Sequence record: DRR378314_843
DNA length: 61,234 nt
Strand: one strand, 5' to 3'
This document shows positions 10,159 to 21,117 of this stretch, one piece after another (within the stretch, counting starts at the first letter, position 1; each line of letters begins with the position of its first letter). The translations under genes and the position numbers were made by a program. Below the pieces are notes generated by a model. The model was not told the DNA's origin. It saw only the letters and a program-made list of their open reading frames with translations, and made no database searches.

Positions 10159-11067
10159 TTAGCTGACACGCGCCGCCCGAGCCAGCCGCCGCGCCTTTGC
10201 TTCTCCCATCACACTGTCGGTGGTGAATACGACGAGTGCGGTCCAGATAAAGGCAAATGCGGCAGCGTGAGTCCAACCGAACGGTTCCCTGAACAAAAGC
10301 ACGGCGATCAGGAACTGAAGTGTGGGCCCGACATATTGCATCATCCCTATGGTCGAGAGTTTCAATCGCCGTGCAGACAGCGCAAACAAGATCAGCGGTA
10401 CCGATGTTATCGGTCCGGCCGCCACCAGCAACGCAACATCCCACCCCCCATCTCCGAACACACGCGCGTCAGGCTGCCCCGTAACCCAGGCCAGCCAGCT
10501 GACGGCAAAAGGCACCAGCAACAAGACTTCCATCAGGAAGCCCGCACGGCTGTCGATTGCGACTTGTTTTCGGATGAGGGAGTAACAGGCAAATGTCATG
10601 CACAGGAACAAAGCAACCCAGGGCACGCGTCCGAATGCGACAGTCAGTATACCAACGCCGACTGTTGCAATGGCCACCGCAATCCATTGCGCGATCCGCA
10701 AGCGCTCGGAGAAGAAAATCATGCCGAATACGACATTCACCAGCGGATTGATGTAGTAGCCGAGCGACGCCTCCATCGTCCTGCCAGCATTCACGGCCCA
10801 GATATAGCATCCCCAATTCGCCCCGATCAGCAGACCGGAGATGAGAAGCCATTTCAGCTTGTCCCATTTCACGGCGGCGCGGACGTCGCGCCAGTTCGCG
10901 GCAATGGCTATGAAAATCAGAGCGGTGGGGACGGACCAGACCACGCGATGTGCAAGCAGGTCTGCCGCACCGATGTGCTGCATCAGCCGGATGTAGAGCG
11001 GCAAGCTCCCCCAGATGAAATAGGCCCCCAGGCCGGCAACAAATCCAAGGCGTGTTTCAGCGTTCAT
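10159..11067 (-). CDS. rarD: RarD-family EamA transporter
   Basis: AYFIWGSLPLY, EASLGYYINPL and GMMQYVGPTLQF motifs. Confidence 0.9.
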   Translation of the reverse strand: MNAETRLGFVAGLGAYFIWGSLPLYIRLMQHIGAADLLAHRVVWSVPTALIFIAIAANWRDVRAAVKWDKLKWLLISGLLIGANWGCYIWAVNAGRTMEASLGYYINPLVNVVFGMIFFSERLRIAQWIAVAIATVGVGILTVAFGRVPWVALFLCMTFACYSLIRKQVAIDSRAGFLMEVLLLVPFAVSWLAWVTGQPDARVFGDGGWDVALLVAAGPITSVPLILFALSARRLKLSTIGMMQYVGPTLQFLIAVLLFREPFGWTHAAAFAFIWTALVVFTTDSVMGEAKARRLARAARVS

Positions 11068-11127
11068 GGCCCAGCGCCTAGCACTGAGCCATGAGAAAAA
11101 GCCACCCAATTATTGCTTCGAAGCGTG

Positions 11128-12171
11128 TCAGTTCGTGACGACAGGCTGTTTTTCCGGTTTCAGTATGCCGCGGTTCAGGAGTTCCTCGGCAATTTGAACC
11201 GCATTCAATGCGGCGCCTTTGCGCAGATTGTCAGAGACACACCAGAAAGCGAGGCCATTTTCAACGGTCGGGTCGACACGAACACGGGAGATGTAAGTCG
11301 CCCATTCGCCCACGCACTCTTTCGGCGTGATGTAGAGTTCTTCCTTCGGATCGTCGACCAGCATGATGCCTGGGCTTTCGCGCAGGATTTCCTTCGCCTG
11401 TTTTGCACTCATCGGCCCGGCAAGCTCAACATTCACGGCTTCCGAATGGCCAACAAAAACCGGCACACGCACACAGGTAGCGGTCAGCTCAATGGCAGGG
11501 TCGAGAATTTTCTTCGTCTCGACGCGCATTTTCCACTCTTCCTTGGTGAACCCATCGTCCATGAAGACATCGATCTGAGGGATCACGTTGAAGGCGATTT
11601 CCTTTTGGAAGACTTCCGGGGTCGGCTCGTCATTCACGAACACACCGCGTGTCTGATTCCAGAGCTCGTCCATCGCATCCTTGCCTGCGCCAGACACGGA
11701 TTGATAAGTCGAACAGACAACGCGCGTGATGCCCACGGCATCATGTAGCGGCTTCAGCGCCACAACCAGCTGCGCCGTGGAACAGTTCGGGTTCGCGATG
11801 ATCATTTTCTTCTTGTAGTCCAGCACCGCTTCGCCATTGCACTCGGGAACAACCAGCGGCACATCCGGGTCCATCCGCCATGCGGACGAATTGTCGATGG
11901 TAATCGCACCGGCCTTCGCAATTTTCGGCGCCCACTCCTTGGCGGTCGACCCGCCGGCAGACATGAGGACGAGATCGACCTGCGAAAAGTCGAATTGCTC
12001 AATATCGTGACACTTCAGGGTGCGGTCCCCATAGGAAACTTCCTTGCCAAGAGACCGGCGGGAGGCAACCGCGAACACTTCATCGGCGGGGAACATGCGT
12101 TCCTCCAGAATGTTCAACAGTTCGCGTCCGACATTACCTGTTGCGCCGACGACTGCGATCCGGGTGGCCAT
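11128..12171 (-). CDS. asd: Aspartate-semialdehyde dehydrogenase
   Basis: VVGATGNVG, IIANPNCST, TYQSVSGAG and DNLRKGAALNAVQIAE motifs. Confidence 0.97.
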   Translation of the reverse strand: MATRIAVVGATGNVGRELLNILEERMFPADEVFAVASRRSLGKEVSYGDRTLKCHDIEQFDFSQVDLVLMSAGGSTAKEWAPKIAKAGAITIDNSSAWRMDPDVPLVVPECNGEAVLDYKKKMIIANPNCSTAQLVVALKPLHDAVGITRVVCSTYQSVSGAGKDAMDELWNQTRGVFVNDEPTPEVFQKEIAFNVIPQIDVFMDDGFTKEEWKMRVETKKILDPAIELTATCVRVPVFVGHSEAVNVELAGPMSAKQAKEILRESPGIMLVDDPKEELYITPKECVGEWATYISRVRVDPTVENGLAFWCVSDNLRKGAALNAVQIAEELLNRGILKPEKQPVVTN

Positions 12172-12294
12172 GATATTACTGCTCCTACAAAATGAACCGG
12201 GCTTATGGCGCATCTTGGACGTTTGTTAAAGCCTGTTGCTAATGACTTGCTGCTAAGGCAGACCTGACAAGGCGCGACCATTGGAGCTGAAGCC

Positions 12295-12666
12295 ATGCTG
12301 AATGACGTGATCAACCGCTATCTCGCCTGTTACAATGCACGCGATATTGACGGCATGCTCGATTGCGTGACGCAGGATGTCGTTTTCGAGAATATCTCGA
12401 ATACGGGTCAATCCATGCGTCTTGATGGGAAGGACATGATGCGACAGGTTGCAGAACTGTCCGGCAACGCATTTTCCTACCGCCGTCAAAGACTCGTCAA
12501 TCTCGTAAGCGGCGGCGGAAAAGCCGCGGCGGAAATCGAGTTTGAAGGCAAGGCCGCGGTCGATTTGCCCAATGGGGTCAAGACCGGCGAGACCGTAAAA
12601 GTCCGAGGCGCTAGTTTCTTTGAATTTCGGGGCGATCTGCTGTGTCGTATCGCTGATTACAGCTAA
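12295..12666 (+). CDS. SnoaL/NTF2-like protein
   Basis: YLACYNARDIDGM...DVVFE and C-terminal G...RIADYS pattern. Confidence 0.8.
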   Translation: MLNDVINRYLACYNARDIDGMLDCVTQDVVFENISNTGQSMRLDGKDMMRQVAELSGNAFSYRRQRLVNLVSGGGKAAAEIEFEGKAAVDLPNGVKTGETVKVRGASFFEFRGDLLCRIADYS

Positions 12667-12672
12667 GCAGTC

Positions 12673-13473
12673 ATGCAACAGGCTACGGATTTTCTCGATG
12701 AAACGAAGACGCTGTCGGACCTGATCGCGCCACTTGACGACTCCGACTATCTTCAGGAAACGGCGTTCAAGGCCTGAACCATAGATATGGTATTGCGTCA
12801 CTTGCACTTCTGGAACAAGGGCGCCCTGCTTTCAGTTACAGATGAAACCGCTTTTGAAGCGCTTGTCATTGACCTGACAAACGCGCTTCGCGATGGGGCC
12901 CTCCCTGCCCATGAGGAGGCCCATTTCAATGGACTTTCCGGCCGCGCCCTTCGGAGCGAATGGCTCCAACTGGCGCACAAGACAGCAGACCTTTTCGCGT
13001 CGACAGATCCGGGGCTGCGCCTCAAATGGGTCGGCCCAAGCATGAGCGCGCGCTCGTCAATTACCGCCCGCTTGATGGAAACATGGGCACATGGACAGGA
13101 AGTATACGACCTGCTCGGAGCAACCCGGCAGAATGCCGACCGTATCCGGAACATCGTCGTGCTGGGTGTGAACACGTATGGCTGGACATTTGCGAACCGG
13201 AAGCAGCCGGTTCCTGAGCCAATGCCCTATCTGCTCTTGACCGCACCTTCCGGAGAGGAATGGACATTTGGCGATGAGCAAGCCGATGAGCGCATCACCG
13301 GACTCGCCGAAGAATTCTGTCAGGTCGTTACGCAGGTCCGGAACATCGCGGATACCAACTTATCCGTCACTGGCTCAAACGCTGCGGCCTGGATGGAACA
13401 GGCCCAGTGTTTTGCCGGACCACCCAATCCCCCGCCTGCGCCCGGCACGAGATTCATGCGTCCTCGGAACTAG
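12673..13473 (+). pseudogene. TIGR03084/MDMPI-like (DinB-fold) metal-binding protein with an internal TGA stop
   Basis: ATG at 12673 reads MQQATDFLDE...QETAFKA*TIDMVLRHLH, with TGA at 12775-12777 in frame with the 12787-13473 ORF (ARLMETWAHGQEV). A Trp is expected at that position (xWT...H motif). Confidence 0.7.
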
Positions 13474-14522
13474 AGAGCGGCGATGACCGCATCCGCCATC
13501 TGGCGCGTAGTCAGCTCACCACCGAGGTCACGCGTTCGCGCGCCTTTCTCAAGCGCTGAACCGACCGCTGCGAACAGGGCATCCGCAGCCTTCTCGCGGC
13601 CCAGAGACCAGCGAAGGGCCATTTCCAGAGACAGGATAGCCGCACACGGATTGGCCATCCCCTGCCCTGCTATGTCCGGGGCGGACCCATGTACAGGCTC
13701 ATAAAGCCCCGGCGTGCCTTCATCACCCAGAGACGCGGATGGCAACATGCCGATTGAACCGGTCAACATGGCGGCTTCATCCGACAGGATGTCTCCGAAC
13801 AGGTTGCCTGCAAGGATCACATCGAACTGTTTTGGGGCCCGGACCAATTCCATCGCGCAGGCGTCAGCGTACATATGACTTAGTTCAACACCCGCGCCGT
13901 GCTCAGCGTGCGTCAAGGTTACTTCCTGGCGCCAGAAGAGACCAGTCTCCATGACGTTTGATTTCTCTACTGAGCAGACACGGCCATCGCGACCGCGTGC
14001 AACCTCAAACGCCACACGCGTCACGCGCTCGACTTCCGGATGGGTATAGATAGATGTGTCGTACCCGCGGCGCAGGCCGCCCTTTTCATCGATGCCCCGC
14101 GGGGTTCCGAAATAAACGCCGCCCGTCAGCTCCCGGACGATCATGATATCGAGGCCTTGAACGATTTCCGGTTTCAGGCTCGACGCGCTCACGAGGGCCG
14201 GGAAACAGAAAGCAGGGCGAAGATTTGCGAAAACATCCAGCCCTTTGCGCAAGGCCAGCAACCCGGCCTCCGGGCGCTTGTCGCGAGAAACGCCATTCCA
14301 TTTCGGTCCGCCAACCGCCCCCAAGAGCACCGCATCCGACCTTCGTGCCAGGTTAAGTGTATCGTCCGTCAAGGGTGTGCCGTGCGCGTCATAGGATGCG
14401 CCGCCAACCAGACCTTCCTGAAGCTCCAGGTCCGGGGCCACCACACCTGCCAGACGGCGTACTTCGGCAACCACTTCCGGGCCAATTCCATCACCGGGCA
14501 AAAGAAGAAGGGTCTGTTTCAC
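13470..14522 (-). CDS. leuB: 3-isopropylmalate dehydrogenase
   Basis: [30 protein letters not shown] and [12 protein letters not shown] motifs. Confidence 0.97.
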   Translation of the reverse strand: MKQTLLLLPGDGIGPEVVAEVRRLAGVVAPDLELQEGLVGGASYDAHGTPLTDDTLNLARRSDAVLLGAVGGPKWNGVSRDKRPEAGLLALRKGLDVFANLRPAFCFPALVSASSLKPEIVQGLDIMIVRELTGGVYFGTPRGIDEKGGLRRGYDTSIYTHPEVERVTRVAFEVARGRDGRVCSVEKSNVMETGLFWRQEVTLTHAEHGAGVELSHMYADACAMELVRAPKQFDVILAGNLFGDILSDEAAMLTGSIGMLPSASLGDEGTPGLYEPVHGSAPDIAGQGMANPCAAILSLEMALRWSLGREKAADALFAAVGSALEKGARTRDLGGELTTRQMADAVIAAL

Positions 14523-14609
14523 TGTGAGGCTCCAATTACGAAATTAGTTAGGGAAGAGGCAGCGTCTGCGTCAGCTGCATGGCGCAGTGTGACATCGATC
14601 AAATCTGGA

Positions 14610-14765
14610 TCAGTCGCCCTTGTCGGACGCCTCATCGTTTTTGTCCTGAACCTTTTCAGGAAGCTTCACATTCACTTCCGGCTTCACGCCGAAAGGGTCG
14701 GTATGACACGCAGAAACCGAGAGTACAGCAAAACAACCCACAATAGCCAAAGCGAGTTTCATCAT
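14610..14765 (-). CDS. Small lipoprotein (51 aa, not in the ORF track)
   Basis: Hand translation: MMKLALAIVGCFAVLSVSAC-HTDPFGVKPEVNVKLPEKVQDKNDEASDKGD*. It has a GGAGG RBS and a VSAC lipobox. Confidence 0.7.
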   Translation of the reverse strand: MMKLALAIVGCFAVLSVSACHTDPFGVKPEVNVKLPEKVQDKNDEASDKGD

Positions 14766-14786
14766 CTCAGTCACCTCCAGAACGGG

Positions 14787-15416
14787 TTAGTTCGCTTTTT
14801 CCAACCAAGGCATAAACACGCGCCGTTTCGCTTCGAACGTGTCGATTTCAGAGGCCGCCATCATGGAGCTACCGATCTCATCGAGGCCAGCCATCAAATT
14901 CGCCTTGCGCCCTTCGTCCACCTCGAATGCAAAAGTTTCGCCGTCCGGCGCGGTGACGATCTGGGCTTCCAGGTCCACCGTAAAGACGTGGTTCGCACCA
15001 CCTGCCTGATCCGCCAATTTCTGGCAGACATCAACTGGCAACCGGACAGGCAAGATCCCGTTCTTGTAGCAATTGTTGTGGAAGATATCGGCAAAGCTCG
15101 GCGCGATAACGCAAGTAATCCCTTGGTCCAGCAAAGCCCAGGGCGCGTGCTCACGAGAGGATCCGCAACCGAAATTTTCACCCGCGATCAGGATGCTCGC
15201 TTTCGCATATTCAGGACGGTTCAAAACGAAATCAGCTTTTGGCGATCCATCGGACAGCGTTTTTAACTCGTGAAACAGGCCTTTCGACAAGCCCGTGCGT
15301 TCCGTCGTCTTCAGAAATTGCTTTGGAATAATCATGTCAGTGTCGACATTGGACATTGGCTTGCCCTTTTCGAGCAAAGGCGCAGCCGTTCCGGTAAGTT
15401 GGGTAAATGCTTTCAT
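14787..15416 (-). CDS. leuD: 3-isopropylmalate dehydratase small subunit
   Basis: [28 protein letters not shown] and [10 protein letters not shown] motifs. Confidence 0.97.
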   Translation of the reverse strand: MKAFTQLTGTAAPLLEKGKPMSNVDTDMIIPKQFLKTTERTGLSKGLFHELKTLSDGSPKADFVLNRPEYAKASILIAGENFGCGSSREHAPWALLDQGITCVIAPSFADIFHNNCYKNGILPVRLPVDVCQKLADQAGGANHVFTVDLEAQIVTAPDGETFAFEVDEGRKANLMAGLDEIGSSMMAASEIDTFEAKRRVFMPWLEKAN

Positions 15417-15426
15417 GAGCGGCTTC

Positions 15427-16269
15427 CTAGCGTGAAGAATGAGCGATGAACAGAGTGGGCACGCCGAGCGTGCCGTCGCGGACAGTAAAGACAGTCGAGC
15501 CAGGCTTTCGGCCAGTTCGCTGTTCAGAGACATTGAACCCGGCTTCGGTCAATCGCGCATGAGCCGCGGAAAGATCGTCCACTTCCCAGGTCAGGCCCCA
15601 GATACTGTCAGGCGCAGATGGGTCATGCGTCTCGCCCAGACGGTGGATCACCTCAAACGTGAGACCGCCGGTACGGAAAAACAGAAACCGCGTCTTCCAT
15701 TCCTCCCGGGTCCGATCGAGCGCTAGGTCCAGTCCCAAGCGCGCGCCGTACAGGCCGAGTGCCCTGTCCGGATTCGGCGTGTTAATGACAATATGATCGA
15801 GAGACTTGGCGCTGCCCGCTAGCGCATCTGCCAAGGGCAATGATGCCTCCGGGCTGACAACAAACGTCTTCACACCAGCCGTTTGGGAGTCCGAACACCG
15901 AAAACGTGACCATTTTCGCGTTTTTCCGTCGCTTTCGTTCGTACTGGCACCTCCAGCAACTTCATCCGGCATCAGGCCGCGACGTGTCAGCTTGTGATGA
16001 GCCAGAGCAATATCGTCAGTTCCGAAGGCCAGGCTTTTCAGCCCGGGCCCCTCTTCCGAGATGATTTCACGCAAACGGTCAGCGACAGTCCCTTCCCCAT
16101 TCGGCGCCATCAGTTCGAGGTTTGTATTGCCCAGTCTGAAGAGCGCCGTCGCAGCTCCGCCGGATGACGCCCGCCAGTCTGCTGACCGCCCAAGCAGGCG
16201 CTCATAAATGGCAGTCCCCATCGCGATATCGGGGCAGACAAGTACGAAATGATCGAGACCGGTGATCAT
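15427..16269 (-). CDS. VOC/glyoxalase-family protein (two domains)
   Basis: Repeated LDH(F/I)V motifs, LELM and FEVI. Confidence 0.85.
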   Translation of the reverse strand: MITGLDHFVLVCPDIAMGTAIYERLLGRSADWRASSGGAATALFRLGNTNLELMAPNGEGTVADRLREIISEEGPGLKSLAFGTDDIALAHHKLTRRGLMPDEVAGGASTNESDGKTRKWSRFRCSDSQTAGVKTFVVSPEASLPLADALAGSAKSLDHIVINTPNPDRALGLYGARLGLDLALDRTREEWKTRFLFFRTGGLTFEVIHRLGETHDPSAPDSIWGLTWEVDDLSAAHARLTEAGFNVSEQRTGRKPGSTVFTVRDGTLGVPTLFIAHSSR

Positions 16270-16275
16270 GCGTTG

Positions 16276-17259
16276 TTAGAGGCCCTCAAAGAGCGCCGTC
16301 GAGACATAACGCTCAGCAAAACTCGGCAGGATCACGACCAACGTCTTCCCCGCCATGTCGTCGCGCGTTCCGACCTTCACCGCAGCGGCTGCCGCCGCGC
16401 CTGAAGAGATGCCGCCTGGAATGCCTTCCAGACGCGCCAGTTTGCGGGCCGTTTCAAACGACTCCTCATTCGACACTTTGACCACTTCGTCTATCAGGCT
16501 CGTATCGGCGTTGCCCGGAATAAAGCCGGCGCCAATACCCTGGATCATATGTGGTCCGGGCTCTCCACCAGACAGGACCGGGCTACCTTCCGGCTCGATT
16601 GCCATCATCTTCAGGCCCGGCTTGCGAGCCTTCAGCACGCGGCCGCAGCCGGTGAACGTGCCGCCGGTTCCGATGCCGGACAGAACGGCATCCACCGCCC
16701 CATCCGTGTCCGCCCAGATTTCCTCTGCCGTAGTCTTCTCGTGGATTTCCGGATTGGCCGGATTGTCGAACTGGCTCGGCATAACGGCGCCGGGTGTTTC
16801 AGACAGAATTTCCTGCGCCTTGGCGATGGCGCCGCCCATCCCCTTCTCTTTTGGGGTCAGAACCAGCTCGGCGCCGAGATAGGCCAGCATCTTGCGCCGC
16901 TCGATGGACATGGATTCCGGCATGGTCAGGATCAGGCGATAGCCCCGGCTGGCCGCCGCAAAGGCGAGGCCGATGCCGGTGTTTCCAGACGTCGGCTCAA
17001 CCAGCACGCCGCCCGGTGACAGCTTGCCGCTGGCCTCCAGCTGCACGATCATGTTGAGCGCGATCCGGTCTTTTACGCTGGCGAGTGGATTGAAGAACTC
17101 GCACTTGAAGAGAAGATTGGCCTTGATGCCTTCGGACTCCGCAAACTTCGGCGCAGCCACCAGTGGCGTCGAGCCGACGGTTTCCAGGATCGAGGCATAG
17201 GTCCGCCCGCGCGGGCCATCCAGCTTGATGTTTCCGGGCAGTGTGACGGTAGTGCTCAT
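16276..17259 (-). CDS. cysK: Cysteine synthase A
   Basis: [14 protein letters not shown] (PLP Lys), [16 protein letters not shown] and HMIQGIGAG motifs. Confidence 0.95.
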   Translation of the reverse strand: MSTTVTLPGNIKLDGPRGRTYASILETVGSTPLVAAPKFAESEGIKANLLFKCEFFNPLASVKDRIALNMIVQLEASGKLSPGGVLVEPTSGNTGIGLAFAAASRGYRLILTMPESMSIERRKMLAYLGAELVLTPKEKGMGGAIAKAQEILSETPGAVMPSQFDNPANPEIHEKTTAEEIWADTDGAVDAVLSGIGTGGTFTGCGRVLKARKPGLKMMAIEPEGSPVLSGGEPGPHMIQGIGAGFIPGNADTSLIDEVVKVSNEESFETARKLARLEGIPGGISSGAAAAAAVKVGTRDDMAGKTLVVILPSFAERYVSTALFEGL

Positions 17260-17336
17260 GGGTTTGCTCCCTCGGCTTTGATCTGATGTGGCGGACTATC
17301 TGCCCTAGCCGCGCCAGACGCAACTGAAGGATCGGT

Positions 17337-18731
17337 TTAGCCAATCACACCGTGCACAGCGGCGCGCGCTGCCAAGGCTGGACTCATCAAATGGGTCCGG
17401 CCATCGCGGCCCTGGCGGCCTTCGAAATTGCGGTTGGAGGTCGAGGCGCAGCGCTCGCCCGGGGCCAGCGTGTCCGGGTTCATGCCAAGGCACATGGAAC
17501 AGCCCGGCTCGCGCCATTCAAACCCGGCCTCGATGAAAATCTCGTCGAGCCCTTCGGATTCTGCCTGTGCGCGCACGAGGCCTGATCCCGGCACAACCAT
17601 TGCCCGCACGCCGTCAGCGACCTTGTTCCCCTTGGCGACTTCGGCGGCGGCGCGCAGATCCTCGATCCGGCTGTTCGTGCACGAGCCGATAAAAACGCGT
17701 TGCACGGGCGTGCCCTTGATCGGCGTGCCACCTTCCAGCCCCATATAGGCCAGCGCGCGTTCGCAGGCTGCGGCCTTGACCGGGTCTGCAAAATCTTCCG
17801 GTTTCGGAATGATGCCAGATAGCGGAATGGCCTGTTCCGGGCTGGTGCCCCAGGTCAGCGTCGGCTCTACGTCCTCACCCTTGATGCGAACGACTTCATC
17901 AAACACTGCGTCATCGTCGGAGAACAACGTTTCCCAATAGGATTTCGCAACATCCCAAGCGCCACCTTTCGGTGAGGCGGGGCGGCCTTTCATATAGTTA
18001 AAAGTTGTTTCGTCGGGCGCGACCAGACCCGCCCGCGCGCCGCCTTCAATGGACAGATTGCACAGAGTCATGCGCCCCTCCATGCTCAGCTTGCGGATGG
18101 CTTCGCCGCGATACTCCATCACATAACCGGTGCCTCCGGCGGTGCCGATGACGGAAATAATATGCAGCGCAAGGTCCTTGGCGGTCACGCCTTCGCGCAA
18201 ATCGCCCGTGACTTCGATGGCCATGTTCTTGGACTTTCGTGCCCGCAGGGTCTGCGTCGCCAGAACATGCTCAACTTCAGAGGTTCCGATCCCGTGCGCC
18301 AGAGCGCCGAATGCCCCATGTGTGGAGGTGTGGCTATCGCCGCAAACAATGGTCATGCCCGGCTGGGTGCGCCCCTGCTCCGGCCCGACCACATGCACAA
18401 TCCCGTTTCGAATATCGCCCATCGGGAAATACTCGATGTCGTATTCGGCCACATTACGGGTCAGTGTTTCCAGTTGGTTGCGAGCCTCCGGATCTTGCAC
18501 GCCTGCGAGACCTGCAGCCTGATTTTCAGTTGGCGTATTGTGATCTGCCACGGCAAGCGTCAGGTCGCGGCGGCGGACACCGCGGCCTGCGGCCTTCAAA
18601 CCGGCGAAGGCCTGGGGCGTGGTGACCTCGTGGATCAGGTGCAAATCGATGTAGAGAAGGCTTTCGCCGCTCTCATCAGTGTGCACCACATGCGCGTCCC
18701 AGATCTTGTCGTAAAGTGTCTTGCCAGCCAT
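17337..18731 (-). CDS. leuC: 3-isopropylmalate dehydratase large subunit
   Basis: [41 protein letters not shown] and [12 protein letters not shown] motifs. Confidence 0.97.
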   Translation of the reverse strand: MAGKTLYDKIWDAHVVHTDESGESLLYIDLHLIHEVTTPQAFAGLKAAGRGVRRRDLTLAVADHNTPTENQAAGLAGVQDPEARNQLETLTRNVAEYDIEYFPMGDIRNGIVHVVGPEQGRTQPGMTIVCGDSHTSTHGAFGALAHGIGTSEVEHVLATQTLRARKSKNMAIEVTGDLREGVTAKDLALHIISVIGTAGGTGYVMEYRGEAIRKLSMEGRMTLCNLSIEGGARAGLVAPDETTFNYMKGRPASPKGGAWDVAKSYWETLFSDDDAVFDEVVRIKGEDVEPTLTWGTSPEQAIPLSGIIPKPEDFADPVKAAACERALAYMGLEGGTPIKGTPVQRVFIGSCTNSRIEDLRAAAEVAKGNKVADGVRAMVVPGSGLVRAQAESEGLDEIFIEAGFEWREPGCSMCLGMNPDTLAPGERCASTSNRNFEGRQGRDGRTHLMSPALAARAAVHGVIG

Positions 18732-18791
18732 TGGGCCCATTCCTGTTATGTCGCGGCGCACAATAGCGACGCGCGCCCGGCTGGAAAGGGG

Positions 18792-19229
18792 TTAATTGGC
18801 GCGGGGCGACTCTTGATCACAGGGCGGCGCCAGCCTCACGGCCAGCACATCCAGCTCATCGATCTCGAAATCACCTGACACGAGAATATTCCCGCCGGAA
18901 ATTCGTTCCATCACTCTGGGGGACATGAGAACTTCATCGTCAATACGCAAGGGCACCGCCTCCCCGATATGCGCTTCCGTGATGGCCGCGAGCTTTGCTG
19001 CACTTTCGTCATCGAACTTGATCGACAGTGCTGGCCGGCCCGTCGCATCTTCCGTTGCGGTGGCCTGGATACGATAGGGTTTGAACTGGGTATCCGCGAT
19101 CGACAGGATACCTTGCGGAACATCCGGCGGGCGGCAGGCCGGCACCGAGATGCGCAACGCATCTTCTTCCACGGGCTGACAGGCGGGCAAGGCAACGAGA
19201 ATGGTGAGCAAGGCGATCAGGCGTTTCAT
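18792..19229 (-). CDS. Lipoprotein with SecDF P1 head-like subdomain
   Basis: LPAC lipobox; PALSIKFD...LAAITEAHIG...IDDEVLMSPRVMERISGG...VSG resembles the SecD head. Confidence 0.7.
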   Translation of the reverse strand: MKRLIALLTILVALPACQPVEEDALRISVPACRPPDVPQGILSIADTQFKPYRIQATATEDATGRPALSIKFDDESAAKLAAITEAHIGEAVPLRIDDEVLMSPRVMERISGGNILVSGDFEIDELDVLAVRLAPPCDQESPRAN

Positions 19230-19266
19230 GCCCCCAAGGCTGACATAGATTCGAAACGCCCAAAAG

Positions 19267-19301
19267 CAAAAACGCCCCAACTTTTCGGCGGGGCGTTCTT
19301 G
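19267..19301 (-). terminator. Intrinsic terminator after rplS
   Basis: Minus strand AACGCCCC-loop-GGGGCGTT followed by TTTGCTTTT. Confidence 0.75.
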
Positions 19302-19325
19302 AATGACCGGCCTGTAGCCAGGTCT

Positions 19326-19892
19326 CTATTCTTCAGCAGCGCCTTCTTCGGAGGCTGCAGCAGCGGCTTCAGCTTCAGCAGCTGCGGCCGCGGCGGCCTC
19401 TTCAGCAGCTTTCGCTTTTGCAGCTTCTTCGCGAGCCTTCGCAGCAGCTTCCTTGCGGGCTGCTTTTTCAGCGTCTTTCTGGCGACGGCGCTCGGTCTTG
19501 GAAACGGCGATCTCGACCGTCTCAATACCGTGGCCTGTGGTACGCTCTGCGATACGGGCAGACTTACCGCGACGGTCGCGCAGATAGTAGAGTTTCGCAC
19601 GGCGCACGCGGCCCTTGCGCTTCACTTCAATGCTCTCGATCATCGGAGAGGCCAGCGGGAACACACGCTCGACGCCTTCACCGAAAGAGATCTTGCGAAC
19701 CGTGAAGCTCTCATTGATGCCACCGCCTGCGCGGGCAATGCAGACGCCTTCAAAGCGCTGGACGCGCTCACGGTCGCCTTCCTTGATGCGGACGTTCACG
19801 GACAGCGTGTCACCCGGGGAAAATTCCGGAATGTTCTTTTCGCCGACAACGCGGGAAAACTCTTCCGCTTCGAGCTGTTCAATCATGTTCAT
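19326..19892 (-). CDS. rplS: 50S ribosomal protein L19 with an Ala/Glu/Lys-rich C-terminal extension
   Basis: PGDT...[29 protein letters not shown] and RRAKLYYLR motifs. Confidence 0.97.
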   Translation of the reverse strand: MNMIEQLEAEEFSRVVGEKNIPEFSPGDTLSVNVRIKEGDRERVQRFEGVCIARAGGGINESFTVRKISFGEGVERVFPLASPMIESIEVKRKGRVRRAKLYYLRDRRGKSARIAERTTGHGIETVEIAVSKTERRRQKDAEKAARKEAAAKAREEAAKAKAAEEAAAAAAAEAEAAAAASEEGAAEE

Positions 19893-20604
19893 CGCCTGTC
19901 TCCGGCGGTTGTAATTCGTTGGTCTTGGAGTAAGCGGCGTATAAATCGGGGCGGCGCTCAAATGTCAACGACTTTGCGCTGTTAAACCGCCATTCTTGTA
20001 TGCGTTTGTGGTCTCCAGACAGCAGAACCTCCGGAGTCGGGTGCCCTTCCCACTCTCGCGGCAGCGTATACTGGTCATGTTCGAGCAATCCGGTCTCAAA
20101 GGATTCCTCATCCAGAGAGGCTTCGTTTCCCGCGACACCAGGCAACAGGCGCACGACGGCTTCCGTCATCGCCATGGCCGCCACCTCTCCACCGGCCAGC
20201 ACGAAATCCCCGATCGAAACCTCTTTCAGGCCGCGGGCGCGGATCACCCGCTCGTCCAGCCCTTCAAACCGCCCACACATCATCACCATGCCGGGCCCGT
20301 TCGACAATTCCCGCGCCAGCTTCTGCGAGAATGGCTCTCCGCGCGGAGACAGATAGATCAGGGGCTTCCCGGCCGTGTCGATGCTGTCCAGCGCTGCGGC
20401 TGTCACATCCGGACGCAGCACCATGCCAGCCCCGCCCCCGGCCGGGGGCGCATCGACATTCTTGTGCTTTCCGAGGCCGAAATCGCGCAGCTGGACCGTT
20501 TCATAGTCCCAGATGCCCTCGCGGCGCGCGCGCTCCAGAATGGAAACGCCGAGCGGGCCCGGAAAGGCTTCGGGAAACAAGGTGATGAAACTCGCTTTGA
20601 ACAT
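19879..20604 (-). CDS. trmD: tRNA (guanine37-N1)-methyltransferase
   Basis: [33 protein letters not shown] and VLLSGDH motifs. Confidence 0.97.
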   Translation of the reverse strand: MFKASFITLFPEAFPGPLGVSILERARREGIWDYETVQLRDFGLGKHKNVDAPPAGGGAGMVLRPDVTAAALDSIDTAGKPLIYLSPRGEPFSQKLARELSNGPGMVMMCGRFEGLDERVIRARGLKEVSIGDFVLAGGEVAAMAMTEAVVRLLPGVAGNEASLDEESFETGLLEHDQYTLPREWEGHPTPEVLLSGDHKRIQEWRFNSAKSLTFERRPDLYAAYSKTNELQPPETGDEHD

Positions 20605-20632
20605 GAGCCGAGCCTTTACAGCAGGCACGCGC

Positions 20633-20962
20633 TCAGGTCGACCAATCCGGCCAGTCGCGGAACAGGCCAAATTTGATGTTTGTCACCATGGCGTTTGCGC
20701 TGAAGTGCAGCTCATCTGTCTCGCCCGTCCGCGCCGCAGCAGAACGGAAAGCCGTATCAAGTTGCGCGAGATCCCGTGTTTCGATCATGATGTGAAATTC
20801 GCGCACACCGTCCGGCCTGAGGCCCAGCTTGCATCGCATCATGCGCCAGGTTTCGATCCGGCCATCGTCTTTCATATGGTCGAGAAACGCTGGCAACGCC
20901 TTGGCGAAGGCCCGTTCATCGGTTCCCGGCTTGAGATCAAACCAGATGTGATAGATGTCCAT
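20633..20962 (-). CDS. Conserved hypothetical protein (DUF6614-like)
   Basis: YHIWFDLKPG, RCKLGL, EFHIMIE and FRDWPD pattern; co-oriented with trmD. Confidence 0.7.
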   Translation of the reverse strand: MDIYHIWFDLKPGTDERAFAKALPAFLDHMKDDGRIETWRMMRCKLGLRPDGVREFHIMIETRDLAQLDTAFRSAAARTGETDELHFSANAMVTNIKFGLFRDWPDWST

Positions 20963-21117
20963 GTGCGCGCTCCGCTGTTCACTCGGTTGATGCCCTGACC
21001 AGATCGGGCTGGCAATTGCCCTGCCCGTCTAAAGACGGACGGGCCAGGCAATCTGTGACACAGGCCGTGCAGCACTCGAGACTGGACCGGTTACGCGCCA
21101 CGCTCTACTGCAATACT

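Noticed and set aside
12775-12777. Selenocysteine or genetic-code-4 readthrough
   Set aside because: The expected residue is Trp, not Cys, and TGA terminates many genes in this window.
17337-17370. Possible C-terminal truncation of LeuC (ends AAVHGVIG)
   Set aside because: Only a few residues shorter than typical, and all catalytic motifs are present; cannot call it a defect.
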